Assembly (NCBI GenBank): GCA_050575255.1
Contig: JBNZDD010013721.1
Span: forward strand, 10,000,983 to 10,064,982
Direction: 5' to 3'
Origin: Harriotta raleighana
Lineage: Eukaryota
DNA: 64,000 bases
A program made the position numbers and the translations under genes. The notes beneath the pieces were generated by a model. The model was given only the letters and a program-made list of their open reading frames with translations, was not told the origin of the DNA and searched no databases. Below are positions 28,185 to 42,053 of the stretch, one piece after another. Position 1 is the stretch's first letter, and every line of letters starts with the position of its first letter.

Positions 28185-29220
28185 ACTCCCTCTCTCTCAC
28201 TCCCTCTCTACCCTACTACCCTCAGTCACTCACTCCCTCTCTCTACCCTACCCTCAGTCACTCACTCCCTCTCTCTACCCTACCCTCAGTCACTCACTCA
28301 CTCTCTCACTCCCTCTCTACCCTACCCTCAGTCACTCACTCCCTCTCTCTACCCTACCCTCAGTCACTCACTCCCTCTCTCTACCCTACCCCCAGTCACT
28401 CACTCACTCACTCTCTCTCTCTCTACCCTACCCCCAGTCACTCGCTCACTTTCCTGCTCTCTCTCCCTCCCTCCCCACCTACCTCACTCTCTCCTTCTCT
28501 CCCTCCTCCTCCCCCCCCTCCCCGCCACCCCCCACTCACTCACTCACTCTCTCTTCTCCCTCAAGTCACTCTCTGTCCCTCTCTCTCTCTCTCTCTCTCT
28601 CTCCCCTCCCTCTCCTCACTCCCTCACTCNACTCACTCACTCTCTCACTCCCTCTCTCTACCCTACTACCCTCAGTCACTCACTCCCTCTCTCTACCCTA
28701 CCCTCAGTCACTCACTCACTTTCCTTCTCTCCCTCCTCCTCCCCCCACCCCCCACTCACTCACTCACTCTTCTCCCTCAAGTCACTCTCTGTCCCCCTCT
28801 CTCTCTCTACCCTCCCTCTCCTCACTCCCTCTGTCCTTCNNNNNNNNNNNNNNNNNNNNNNNNNNNNNNNNNNNNNNNNNNNNNNNNNNNNNNNNNNNNN
28901 NNNNNNNNNNNNNNNNNNNNNNNNNNNNNNNNNNNNNNNNNNNNNNNNNNNNNNNNNNNNNNNNNNNNNNNNNNNNNNNNNNNNNNNNNNNNNNNNNNNN
29001 NNNNNNNNNNNNNNNNNNNNNNNNNNNNNNNNNNNNNNNNNNNNNNNNNNNNNNNNNNNNNNNNNNNNNNNNNTCACTTGTGTGTCTCTCTCTCTCTCTC
29101 TCCCTCACTTATCTCTCCTCTACCCTCCTCCCTTTCCTCTCTCTCTCTCTCTCTGTGTCTCTCTCTCTCTCTCTCTCTATCTCTCGCCCCTCCCCCCCCT
29201 ACTCTCTCTTGTTTCATTCA
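28185..29220. repeat. Polypyrimidine/polypurine minisatellite (~32 bp unit CCTCAGTCACTCACTCCCTCTCTCTACCCTAC) and (CT)n tracts
   Basis: Directly visible tandem units, interrupted by Ns. Confidence 0.9.
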
Positions 29221-29297
29221 TTAAGGCTTCAATTATCCGCCNGCCCCTCCCCCCCCCTACTCTCTCTTGTTTCATTCATTAAGGCTTCAATTATCCG

Positions 29298-29440
29298 CCT
29301 GGCCACGCCCCCTTCCTCCACAGCCCAGCCAATCAGAGCCCAGAGTCCGTCTCACTTGTCCCGCCCATACCGGAAGCATCACTCCATGCCCCGCCCAGCC
29401 AGCCAGCCCCCCCCCCCCCTTCGTTTGGCTCCGCCCCCTC
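29298..29440 (-). promoter_or_regulatory. Probable TATA-less STK35 promoter
   Basis: Cluster of SP/KLF boxes (CCACGCCCCC ~29303, GGCTCCGCCCC ~29427), an NF-Y box (AGCCAATCAG ~29327) and an ETS site (CCGGAAG ~29370) upstream of the minus-strand CDS. Confidence 0.65.
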
Positions 29441-32400
29441 CATCTCAGCCCACAGGTGGGGGGGGGGGGTGGGGGGGGGTGGGGAGGGGCTGAGGGCTTT
29501 GGACTTTGTACAGATTTCATGGGAATTTCTTCCCTGTCTCTCCCCAACCTCCCTCTGCACATTGCAATCCATAAATCGCAATAATCCGTCTCTACCCCAC
29601 CCCCCTAACTACTCCGGCTGGGGGGGGATGTGCGGGGGGGAAGGGGGGTTGGGGGGGACGCTGCCGTGCGCAATTGGCTGCCGCATTTCGCCCCCAAATT
29701 GGCTGCCGCGTTTCACCCACGAATAAACAGTCAAACCATATTTTGCAGTACGTTTCCGCGAAGCGCTTTGAGATACCGTCGAGAAGACGTGCAAAGCCGC
29801 TGCATCGAAAATGCGAGGAGTGAGCAACCAATTTATTTGCGTTTATTTGGAAGGGATTAAAAGTAATCCCCCATACAGCTGACAACCAGGTTCTTACTTA
29901 TAGGAGATAGGACCTGATCACATTTTTGAGACATCTAATGAACTGCTTCACAGCTTCCAATATACCGTGTATATTTTTTGAGTAGGATTATACATTACAT
30001 TCTGGAGTGGATTGTTTGCCCATTGAAATCTGCCTGGGTTTCCTGTTCTTTGCATTATGCGGAAATATTTGCGCTTATATAAATCCAAGAGAGATGCAAG
30101 CAAACGCTGAAAGTTCGATACTCCTGGGATAAGATATTACATTCATCTCTCAATGTTTTGCTACGGTTTTGTCAACTTTTGAAATACTGGATTCAGTCTT
30201 TTGAAATACTGAGGACTTGCCCACTGGGACAAGAGAATCTTGTCATTTCACGACACTTAATTTGTTCCTTTTTAAACAAACTTGTTGTTTATTTTTTTTA
30301 AAAAGCAGGTATGATAAAGGATAGATCGGGACATCATCTCACCAGTTCCTTTAAGGTACTTGGCGCACAAGGTCAATTCCAGTTAAGTGTTTTGCGTGCT
30401 ACTTAGTAGACGGTAATATTCCTGTAACGATCCTTTGTAGATGAAATTCTCGTTGAACATGAAAGCATAGAATATTTATTCATGCATTTCAATATATGTC
30501 TAGCTTACACAGGATATTGCAACAGTAAAATACCCAGAAGGTTTTGACATTTTGCCTCACGACACCAAGATGAACGTTTACACAAAAAATAAAAATATTA
30601 AAATGAGCAACAGATGAAACAAACAAAATACATTACGTGCATACCTTAACAACACTGACTCAAAGGAAGAGATGAAAAGAGACCAGGGAATACAATTTTC
30701 AGGGGCCTTAAAGTGAAACTATTTCCTCTCGGCGTGAAAGACGCTATACAAATGCCATTTTCTTGTGATTGTTTTGAAGTATATTTAAAGCAGCTAAATT
30801 CTTCCCATAGAAGTTCAAATGTGAAGGCTTCAATAACATGCTGATTAACCATCCTGTAGATTAAACTTTTGCTTCAAGAAAATGCACTTCTAATATTAAA
30901 AGATCCAAACAGCAGAATGTTCAATATTTTCTGTTAGTCACATAGGGCTATTGTCTAACATACAGTTACGTCCAAATCATGAAGTCACTTTCATGATCCT
31001 GATGGAAAAATAGCCACGGGCAGTCCAAAACAATTAAACCATCACCTACTGGATGCCTCACAAAAAGAAAGTGGGGGGTTTACTCATGTGCTGTAATATG
31101 GAAAATATGTTCAGATGTAAGCAAATAAAAGAGAGGCAGCAATGCAATGTTGCTGTGTATTGATCTCTCTATCACTTTTTCACCCCCACTTTGAGCTCTT
31201 GTGTAGCGGATCCTGCCCAAAACATTCCAGTTGAAAGACGATCACAAACGGTGTGACTTCTTTTAAAAAAAAATTAAAACACATTACAAATTACTCCCAT
31301 CAACTTTTTATGGGGGGGGGGGGCCTTTGAAGGATTTTCTCTTTCCTTCTTTTGCTGCTTGTGAACAAACCAAAGCAATGTCTTGCTGTCATCATTGTCC
31401 ATTGTCGGGGGAGCGTTGGGGGAACACATTTGAAGGATTTATTCAGCGTAATATGATAGAACTGTTAGCGAAGTTACAACTACCATTTTCTACATGGGAA
31501 AATCTTCCAGTCATCAGTTGGCCTTCATCCAAAATAATATTTTCCTGAATTGCTATCCTGAATTGCTGTAGCTGCTCAGTCCTTATACTTCTGGTCGTTT
31601 GTGTTCATGGAGAGCAAGTGTGACAGGAGTATTCACCTGCTGCCTTGTTTTGCGGTATTATTACTGGAAAGATATTTTCCCCGCAAACTACACAGTCACT
31701 ACACTTTACAGTGCATTGTGAAGCGCCTTGAGTCGTCTCGACGACCTGATAAAGCGCTGTATCAAATGAAAGAATTTTTGCTGGAGTTATTGTCTCTAAC
31801 CCCACTCTGGCCCCTAAATAATTCTAAGATTATCCTACCAGTAGTGCTGTTCTCAACCCTCCAGCTAATTTAATTCCCTGTAAATGGATGCACAATTTAT
31901 TCCCCATCCCTACCGCCAACCTCAAAAAAATCTAGTCTATAATTATCTTCCTGGCTAACATTCACTCCTCAATTCTACACCCTTCATTGTGTAACATGGA
32001 TTCACGCTTTTTTATTGCATATTCTACTACTGTATTATTAAGCATCAACCTTGCTTTCTGACAGATTGACATTAATCTATGGATACTCAGATTGCAATTT
32101 TCATGCGGTCGGTTGGTGTTATAACAAATGTCATTTTATAATCACTTCGGCTTGTTTGATAGGAATCAGTTGCTCGCTTTCTTGGGTTTTAGAATCGTGT
32201 GCGTCACAAGTACTTTTGCTGAGAAAATGCAAGTTGTGAATTTTACACAACGTACATTTCCGAAAGACTGCTAATGGAATGAAAAAGTCTAGAAGGTAGC
32301 ACATTCAAATTATTTTGTCACGATAAATCATGTCAGGTTAAAGCTGTTTAAACACGCTCAGAGAAGCGATTAATACAGTCATGATGGTTTGGCAGAAGGA

Positions 32401-32759
32401 GCACATTTGCTGCAGGAAAAGATTATCCTGAGTACATCAGTTCAAATGAATTAATACACAGATTTTCTCTTCTCTACGAAAGGGATCATTCAGACACTTA
32501 GAGCTAAGATCATTGAAAGCGATGAATGATAGTCAACAGGTTAAATCATTTGACAAATGGCTTGTGAATCGTGTGCTGTTATGCAACACGAGTCCTTGTA
32601 TTTGATACCATCGAAACATCTCAAAGCGAGTCAAATGATTTATTATAAAGTGTAGTGACACTACCTGTTGGAAAATTCCGGGCAGTCAATTTGCGCAAAA
32701 CAATGTTCCACCTCAGCCACGGAGTGAAAATTCTTATTGAATCATGACACAAGATCACA

Positions 32760-33063
32760 ATGGTCAGAGCACTTGCCTCACAAGTGTGAGACCTGTGTTT
32801 CAAATCCAGGAAGGTCAGGGTGAAACCTTGGGCGAGTTTCCTTTCTCCATACGCCTAATAATAATCCATCCAAAACAAACCTAGAATAAATTGGTCATTT
32901 CATCCACGACTGTTTGTGGGATATTGCTGCGTGCAATTGGCTGCCGCGTTTCGCCCACGAAAACACACAGAAAATTCACTTTACGGTATATTCTATGAAG
33001 CGCTTTGAGACGTCTAGAAGATGTGAAAAGCGCTACAGCAAATGCAAGAAATATTATTATTAT
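32760..33063 (+). mobile_element. SINE copy (partial copies at ~29650-29820 +, ~31670-31780 +, ~37901-38075 -, ~45558-45690 -)
   Basis: Same consensus. Confidence 0.87.
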
Positions 33064-33211
33064 CTTTAACTTTCACCTGAATAGGACATTGGATTAACGT
33101 CTTATCCGAAGGAACAACAACAACAAAATTACATTTATAGAGCGCCTTTCACGTCAGGAGGAAGTCAGGGAGCAAGGCATATCTGACAATGAGGCCTACC
33201 CCCAACACTAC

Positions 33212-33318
33212 ATCAGTTCTGACGAAGGGTCATGGACCCAAAACATTGACTCACTTTTCCTTTCTCCATAGATGCTGCCTGACCTGCCGAGTGTTCCCAG
33301 CAATTTCTTTTTTTGTTT
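33212..33318 (+). mobile_element. Penelope-like element terminal fragment with a decayed minimal hammerhead motif
   Basis: CTGACGA-A-GGGTC(ATG)GACCC-aAAAC-aTT followed by tagatgctgcctgacctgc.gagt, a pattern I recall from fish and shark Penelope-type repeats. Confidence 0.65.
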
Positions 33319-36300
33319 ACTCCATTAGATTGTCATTCTAGACCATTTGAACTCAAAGTCCTGGTGTAGACATCTGATTCAGAGGCTGAGTTGGTAGCAC
33401 TTATCATTAAATCATGTTTTGCTTTCCTTTCCAAGAACTATATTTCACTGCATTGATTTGTGTTCTGGCTTCAACATTGACAGCACTATGCCTATGCAAC
33501 TGGAATGGGAAATTGAACAAAATGTGTGGTTAATTGGAGTGCCTCTATTCAATGTATTCCTTCGACACAAAAAGGATATGTTAAAAAATACGCACGTTGA
33601 AAATGATTTGTAACAGTAAAGGTTACCAGAAAAAATATTTGCAGCTACACATGTGGCGAAATAAAAATATCCATTTTCTACTGACCACCAGGGTAAAAGA
33701 TGAATTCATGGTTTTAGAGGTATCATTAGAATTGTACTACGGTACTTTTTGCCTGTTTTATTCATATATCACTCCAGGAAAACTGGCTTTGTGCGCAAAC
33801 TATTTTAGGCTGTCATTCTGTTTGACAAATACTGTAGTAACATTTGCCCCTGGTTACGTTCGAGGCGAGTTTTGTGTAGCATGTGATTACGTGGGTGTTA
33901 ACTGCGGAGAACTGTACACCCACAGCCTTCGGCAAACTTGTCTGTGTTCATAACGTGCAAGTGAACAGAAGAGAGCACTTCAGAGTCTAGCCCCATCCCA
34001 TGTTATCCTCTTATGATGCAATTGATCACTATTCCATTAAAATTCAGCATCCGGATCGCATTCAATAGCCTCCGAAATAGCCTCTGCAGACGCTGTGTTT
34101 TGATACAGATCGTGCCTCGAAGTGTGGCATTACCAAACATTTCTTCACAAACATGGTGCCCTTCAGAATGATTGGTTCCACGCAGGATCGCATGTAATTA
34201 TTTCACAGTAATTAAGGAAAACAATCATTTATTGTCGGAAATCAAGGCATCCTCACAATTGAAGAATTTAAAAAAAAATTATTGTTGAACTGAAATCATT
34301 TGGGATGTATTTGTACTCCACATGTCGAATTACATAAGGATTGAATTACATAAGACTTTAGGGGAGGTCAACATTTTTTTTGCAAAGGATCTCATGTTTT
34401 GTTGAAAGTAGCTATTAAAGGAAACTTGTTAAATATTTGAAAAGAAACATTCTAAAATGAAATAAAAAATCAGGGAATTGGGATTAAAGTAGATGGCTCC
34501 AACAAGCTAGCATAATATTAGAATTCGAAGGTACAAATTGATGTCCTCCATGCTGTAATTTCTACAATTCCACAATACAGTACAAGTATGATCAGATTTG
34601 TAGATGTTTTTGCATATGTCAGAAATACAGTAAACTAGATCAAACTGGAACTCTCTGGATGTTTGATAGAACTGACCAAACCGGATGGAAATTGGGTTGG
34701 ATGAAAAATAAAATGGATTTATCGTACATGCCGCAACCAATAATCAGGTTTAAGCAAAACAGTTCCTCCTGTCTGATTAGGCCTGTCATCCCTGTGGTAT
34801 AAATGTATAGATAAATTCTTTATTTATCCTTATTAATCTTTGAGAATCTGTGAAAAAAAATTAGTTGGCATTCTATCACAAAACAGGTTCTAAGCTACCA
34901 ATATACTCCGCTTGCTGAGTCAAACAGGCGAGTGATTTATTTTTACAGCTTAGAACAGCCAGAGGCTTGAACTAAATATGCTGAAAAGCACAATAACACC
35001 TGAATTCTCACAAACATTTTACATGCATATATATTTTTTAATGTATGCCTCAAGTAGAGCACTTGCCGAACAGATGAGATTTTTTTTGTTGATTTAATGC
35101 AAGCAAGAAATTCACACTCATCCCCCAAAATCAGGCATTTCCCAGTTGAGTCCTGCAGATGTTGGGTAAATGTTAACAATTCGTCTCGTCTATTCAAGTG
35201 ATATTAGCAAGTTCCAGAACTTTTCCGAGCCTCAGTTTGTTTCTGACTTTGACAGGTTCATCATCAGTTGATAAACAAAAAATGTTAAGGCTGAGACCAC
35301 AAAAGAATTTGAAAGACATTTGCAGAAAAGGAATAAGAAGGGGTAATGGGGAAACAGGAGGCAAATATGATTTGGATAAATAATCTTCCACTCTTTCAAT
35401 GACAGAGGAGGGTGTGTGGCTAGAGTAATGCTTGCAACAAGGTGAAAGGCAGAGGTGGAATTGACATGTCAAATCAACCGATCGTCAGCCACATACAGGT
35501 CAAAGCACGTAGAAACTCTTGCAAATAGGAGATCACAAGACCTGCAAACATTTGAGGATGAAAGCTGCTACTGTATGGGGTTTTTCTTTCAAACCAAAGA
35601 ATAGCAGCTTCCTTTTGAATAAATTATTTCACTAAAATAGGCAATTAAAGCCCCTTGAAACACGATTTATGGCTAAGTACTCTGCTTCAGCTGCCGCCAG
35701 TACAAATTGAGTTGAAGTTGTTTACAAAACTCAAGTAATCTGTGTCATTTACATGACTGGACCTGACGATCTATGGGAAGGATGTAATCGGGTGATACAC
35801 ATAGGTTATATAACATTTACTAGCTAAGTAACTATATAAAAGACATGAATTGCTATGCGTTCAGTTCTAGGTATAGTTTCTAAATATGACTGCATATTTA
35901 TAATCCAGGGCGTACTTTTAATGCAGCGCCTTTCAAATCAGGAAGACATCTCAAAGTGCAAGCATGCTCACAAACAGCTATGAACTGGGCAAATGGCAGC
36001 AATAGCAGTGAAAGATAAAGGCAGTGGAAGAGACACTGTGCTTCCAGAAAAGCAAAGCAAATGCAACGAAGCTCGCACAACCAGGTCTACTACCAAATAA
36101 AGCCCAACTAAGATGATCTGAATGTTTTCCAGAAAGCAAGTGGATGTACTCAGCGAGCGGACAAGCATCTACGGAAGGGGAAAGCAGAAAGGACTTACAG
36201 GAATATCTGACTGAGATCACCGTACAGCACGAGGCAGTAATTAACAAGTCAAAAAAGGTTGCCAGGTTGCATTGCCAAATCAGCCGGGGTCCTCTTCCCG

Positions 36301-36331
36301 AAAGGTCATGCTAAAGGTTATGCTCAAACCG

Positions 36332-36852
36332 TAACAACAGCAAAATTACACTTGTATAGCGCCTTTCACGTCAGGAGCACGTCCCAAGGTGCCGGACAGT
36401 CATTGTTTCAGACCCGAGCTGGGGTCGGAGATGTGGAGGGTGGAGGAATTTGGGTTGACCGATGGGACCGTCGAAGAGGAGGCATAACTTGAAGGAGGCT
36501 AGTGAGAGGGCAAATCGGAGGGACAGTGGGATGGAATTACAGAGGTTAGGGCAGAGTGGCCGAAGGCAAGCCCTCCAATGGTGCGGTGGGTGGGTCAGGG
36601 GTCATGGAGCAGACTGGAGCCTGCTGAGCGGAGGGGTCGGACAGGTTGTTAGGGGGTCAGGAGGTCGCAAAGGTCGGGTGGGGCGAGGCCATGGAAGTCT
36701 TTGAATGTGAGGACCAGCATCTTGAATTCAATCCCCTGGGTAATGGGGACCCAATGGAGTCAGTGAGAATGAGGGGAGAAGGGTTTCACAGAGCTTGGAA
36801 CGAAAGAGGACACAGGCTGCAGAGTTCTGCACTATCTGCATGATGAAGGCGT
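36332..36852 (-). mobile_element. L2 LINE 3' fragment (related shorter copy at ~17325-17580)
   Basis: Similar to the 8.8 kb L2; remnant VQNSAACVL; shares its tail with 17325-17460. Confidence 0.8.
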
Positions 36853-37206
36853 GAATGTATACCCAGCACTGAAAGTCACAGCCGTTCTTAGCACTGGACC
36901 AGTAGTAATTTGGATTCAACATGTAACAGTACCATACTGTAAGTCAAAAACATTCTCCTGTAGGTTGCCAAGTAGTCTCCCAACAAACACCCTGCTCCAT
37001 GGAAAGTAAGAACACAGAATCACACGCAATCTCCATGTGGCAAGTTTCCAGTCACTGTAAAGCCATCTGGACCAGGCACTGCCAGGAAAGGAGGGAAGGG
37101 AAGGAGAAAAACTGGCAAACAAGTCACTTTTAGCTACTCTCACGTACCAACTGGTTACAAAACAACACCGATGGGACTTTACTGTGCATATTTGCTGCCG
37201 TTGGCC

Positions 37207-37675
37207 TACAACAACAACAAAAACAACAACAAAATTACACTTGTCTAGCGCTTTCACGTCGGGAGGACGTCCCAAAATGCTGAAAAGTCAGGTTGGGAAC
37301 CAAGCGCGGGGGAGGGGAGGGGGGGGGGGAGTCGGGCGTAGACGGACGGGGAAGGAGAGTGGGAGAGGGGGAAGACTCAGGGGTGGAGCCGAAGGCTTGG
37401 TCGAAGAGGAAGGTCTTGAGACCGGCCTTGAAGGAGGAAAGGGAGGAAGCAAGGTAGAGGGACTGCGGGATGGAGTTCTATAGTGTGGGGGCAGAGAGGC
37501 TGAAAACCCGGCCACCGATGGTTGGGCGGTTAGGGCGGTGGACGTGGAGCAGGCCTGAGTCTGCTGAACGGAGGGTGCGGGCAGGCTGATAGGGAGACAG
37601 CAGGTCAGAGAGATAGGCAGGGGCAAGGCCGTGAGGGCCTTAAAAGTTGAAAGTGAGGACGAGGATCTTGAATTC
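37207..37675 (-). mobile_element. L2 LINE 3' fragment
   Basis: (CAA)n start and clear similarity to 8787-9230. Confidence 0.85.
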
Positions 37676-40600
37676 GAGTGAATTCGTGTGTACAGACCTA
37701 CAATTACACAGTCACCACACTTACCTTGACAGCAATTTAATTCATTTCAACATTGCATATGCTATATCAAGTACGAGCATTATTATATCAGAATCATATT
37801 TTTCACAACTAGAAATAAAATGCCAGGCTGTATGGTTGACCTGTATTGTACTGCAGCATCTCTGCCCTCCAGAGATCTGTTTGTGCAGAGATTGAATTAG
37901 TAATAATAATAATCCTTACATTTGAAATAGCGCGTTCCACGCCTTCTATACGCCTCAAAGCACTTCACAGTATATACTGTAAACTTGAGTTGACTGTATA
38001 TTTATCGGCGTAAAGAGGCAGCCAATTGGCGCAGCTGTGTCCAACAAACAGTCGTGGATTGAAGTGATCAATTTTCTGATTTGTTTTTATTTATTTGTAT
38101 TTGAAAGAACATTTGTACTGTTCCGACAAGGCAGCTGAACAAAAGTGAGTCATGTGTGCAGACCTGATAATTATCCTTGGTCAGAACGTTGGTCTTGCTT
38201 CACTGATTATATTTCCCAAGCGAGAAAACGGGTCCCTTGTCACAATGTCCGAGCTTGTTTACAAGCAAGTCACACGATCGGTTTGGGTGAACCATTCTAG
38301 CCTCTTCCCTCAAGGAAGGAGTTAGAATGCAGCAGTTAAGTGTTCGCAATACACAGTACATTTAGATTTCACAAATTACTTTCTGAGGAACTCTGTGAGG
38401 ATTCCGCACAAAACACCTCCCAACGAAGAAACACATTCACCACATTTGTGGATGGATATTGCCTGACTCAGAGTGTATCAGTGGATGACACTAAGCAGTC
38501 ATCCAGGGTCACCTCCCACCCCTTTTCACTGGTTCAGTGTTACGCTATGTCGCTGTTAAGCGCTCCAAGACGCTACCCCACATGTGGACGCTGTATACAG
38601 TATATATCATTTTTTTATAACGGGCTCTGACAACTTTCAGAGAACATTTTTATTTTCCTGCATTTCCTGAAAAAGAATGATCTGGCAGCTTCTAATGACA
38701 AATATTTCACCAGTTTTCAGGAGGAACTAACAAAACCCAAATACAGTAACAATTCTCTTGTTCATTTTCCAAAGCAAACCTTCGGCCATGGTGCCCTTTT
38801 AAGATGGGCGGGTAAAACAACTAATAAAAGCTTGGTACATCATGTTCAAATTAATAACATCTTCATATGTGTATTGTATCACATTTCTATTTTATCCATT
38901 TCAGCTGTTCCTAACATTTGACATTATGCGTCATTGGTATTGTAGCAAACAGGACATTTTCTAAGTCCTTTTTCCAAGGTCTCTTAAAGATTGATTTTCA
39001 TGAACACATGACTAAAAGAAAAAAAAGATGGCATTGAAGATTAGTAGCTCATTGAATTTTGTTTTGCTTTCTGAACACACACCTGAAAATTTGCTTCACT
39101 CTAACTTATAATGAATTGTACATTATACTGCTTTTCTTGACTGGAAAAAAACCTGGAGAATATCTTTTCTGATGAAATCTTTTCTAATGAAAATATACAT
39201 CTCATTCAGTAAAAATAAATCAATGTATGTTTTTCTATATATATATATATAGATTCTTTCATCAGGAATATTCAGCTACCAGGAATTGAGTGCAACATGT
39301 AAAGATTTGTATCGTGCAACTTAATTTTCCTTGAATACTTTGAATAAAAGATTTTCTTTCCAAATACAGTATTGGTTTTGCTGCTATTATTTTTAAGTTA
39401 ATGCAAATGTGGTAGCTTGATAAAACAACAGATATGCAGAGATAATTATGCATAATTTATCTTCGAAGCATTACAGAACGCCTCACGTAAGTGGGACCAT
39501 ATATTTCATACGACTTTTGCAAAGTACGAGTGATGTGAAACTTCCATAGAATATAAACTATTGAACAGGACTTGGGCAGAAGCACAAATTAGGTGATTAT
39601 ACGATTTATATAGATCAGACTTGCAATACTGTATATATATATATAATATATATTATATATGTATGCTTTTCAAGTATTTAACTCATTTTGAGGTGATTTT
39701 GATACAGTTCTTCAGCTAACAACAATAACTTTGATTTATATAGCCCCCGCCACACTGGACGGGGTCTCAGAGACAGAGCTATGTCCACAACCTTTATATT
39801 CCACTGTTCTGATTGCCAAGGATTTGTGGCATTCTTTTACATAAATAGTGTTAAAGAAATCAAGTCACTGATGTTGTCATCTATTGATTGTACACCTACT
39901 CTGACCATGATTCAGTAAGCCTTAGAAGCAGCACAAAAATTCCAGATTTTCCATTTTGTTTGGATTCCAGTATTATTTAATTGCCCTAATTGATTTTTTT
40001 TATCCATCTGCTCTAAGAATATTATTAGCTCTTTGACACTCCTGGGCATAGAATTGCAATTTATATTTCAAATTGAAAAAAAAAGTCTCTATTACGGCAA
40101 TCCAGTTTGCTCTGATATAGCTTTTTATGTGTGTATTTCATTAATAAGAAGAAATCTGCCCCTTATTTATTTTAAACCTAGACTGCTCAGTTAGGATGAA
40201 ATATCTTCATCAGTTTCCATAGCTACAGTCATTAAGAATAGTTAGTTCTTGTAAACCCATAGGCAATGATTTGGGGAGAATAAGTTTGCAGGGTTATGGG
40301 GAGAGAGCGGGAGAGTTGGATTGATCTTTTCAAAGAGCCGGTACAAACTTGATGGGACGAAATGGCTCCCTTCATTGCTGTCGAGGATCATAGAACTATA
40401 ATTTAATGGAAGTAAAGTTACACAAGGTTTCACAGTTCAATTACTGCTGTGGTTACTGCTTTTTATCTCATCAGAATATAGTTGTGCAGGCAGCCTAGGA
40501 ATGAAATATATGAACTGGTACAAGTTGGTTGGCTGTTAACATATTATTGGTGAAATCTCTGTCTTAATGCAACACTATTTGACATCGCAAGATTGGTTTG

Positions 40601-42053
40601 GATGAAGAAAGACCTTCCACCCATTTGATCGCATACTTCTCATCCCACCTTACCATCCTCCCAAGACAGCATGAACCAATTCATCATGAATTCAGTGCAA
40701 CCGGCTTCCACCCCTTTCTGACAGCCTATTCCAGTCATTAATTACCCTTTGGATAAGGAAATATTTCTTAGTGTCTGTCCTGTAATAATTGCCCTTTACA
40801 ACTCTCGCTCAACTAGCTCTGGGGGAAGACGAGGGCATTTTGTTGGCTCTATCTCCACTCAGACATCATTACTCCGATACCGCTATCGAGAAGACTCTTT
40901 GGGAATGTATAGGAGATATCTGTGAGTGGCAAGCAGAGGCTAATTTAAATATTCCTTAACATTTCTTTGTGAAATACAAATTCTTGCCATGTTGATGTTT
41001 ACAATTTATTTCGGCAAGAATAAGAAAAAGATTATCCAGGATGAAGGATAATAGTTAATCTGAGAGACAAATCCTCTCATTTCAGATTTTCAGGAAGGAT
41101 TGTCCCTCTTACTAAACTGTTTGCCTTTGTCCACGCAATTTACATCCAGTTTATTTATTTCCTTGTCAATAACAGATTATATTTTCTCGTCCCCTGTCAG
41201 CCTTTTAATGACTGTACATTTTAAATTGTTTATCTTCTCCCCTCCGATGTATCTGAACTGCTCACAGTGCCTGCTGCACAGCGAATTAATAATAATAATG
41301 CTTGCATTTGAAGTAGCACGTCATTGAGAGGACTCAAAGTGCTTCACAGAACATTTACTGTACATTTTTGTGATGTATCCTTCCTTCAAACACTCTTAAG
41401 TTTTTGAAATGTAAGCATGATTATTATTATTGTATTATTAACCTGCCTACTTGCTCAGTTATAGTTGGATGTGGTCTTATTTAGAGATTAATTTTGTAGG
41501 GGATAAGTGAGTTCCTAGAATGGAAGTATTTATCTGCAATATATTAAACTACTTGAACAATATGGCGCCTAAGATAGGAGGTTTATTTTACTGTTAAGCA
41601 CGTTGTTTATCTTGGTACTCTGGAGCATGAAATCTAATCTGAAGCAATTAAAAAATAATTCCTGCATTTGAAAGAGCACCGGTCACACTGGGAGGACATC
41701 TCAAAGCACTTCAAATGATCTATTATAAAGTGTAGAGGTTTGTCGGCCAAAACAATGGCCAATTTATGCCAGGCAACGTTCCCCCAAACAGCTAATGAAG
41801 TGATTGAGCAATTTTATTTGGGAAAATTGTGAACCAGGACACCAGAAGAAACTCTTTTCTCTTGTCAAATAGTCCCATTGCGAACAGTGTCTACCTGAAC
41901 AGGCTGACAAGATGTATGTAACCTCTCAAAGTTTAACAAAGCAGCGAGCTCCCAGCACTTTAGTGATCTTAACCTGCTTCAGACATTTACATGAAATAGC
42001 CCTTTGCTGACTCCTCTTCTGGAGCATATTTTATAAATCTGTTCGCATGAAGA

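Noticed and set aside
28074-29282. 402-aa and 361-aa S/L/P/T-rich ORFs
   Set aside because: Translations of CT-rich repeats and N gaps.
36120-36290. Possible coding segment
   Set aside because: Resembles a very old CR1 ORF2 remnant; too degraded to call with confidence.
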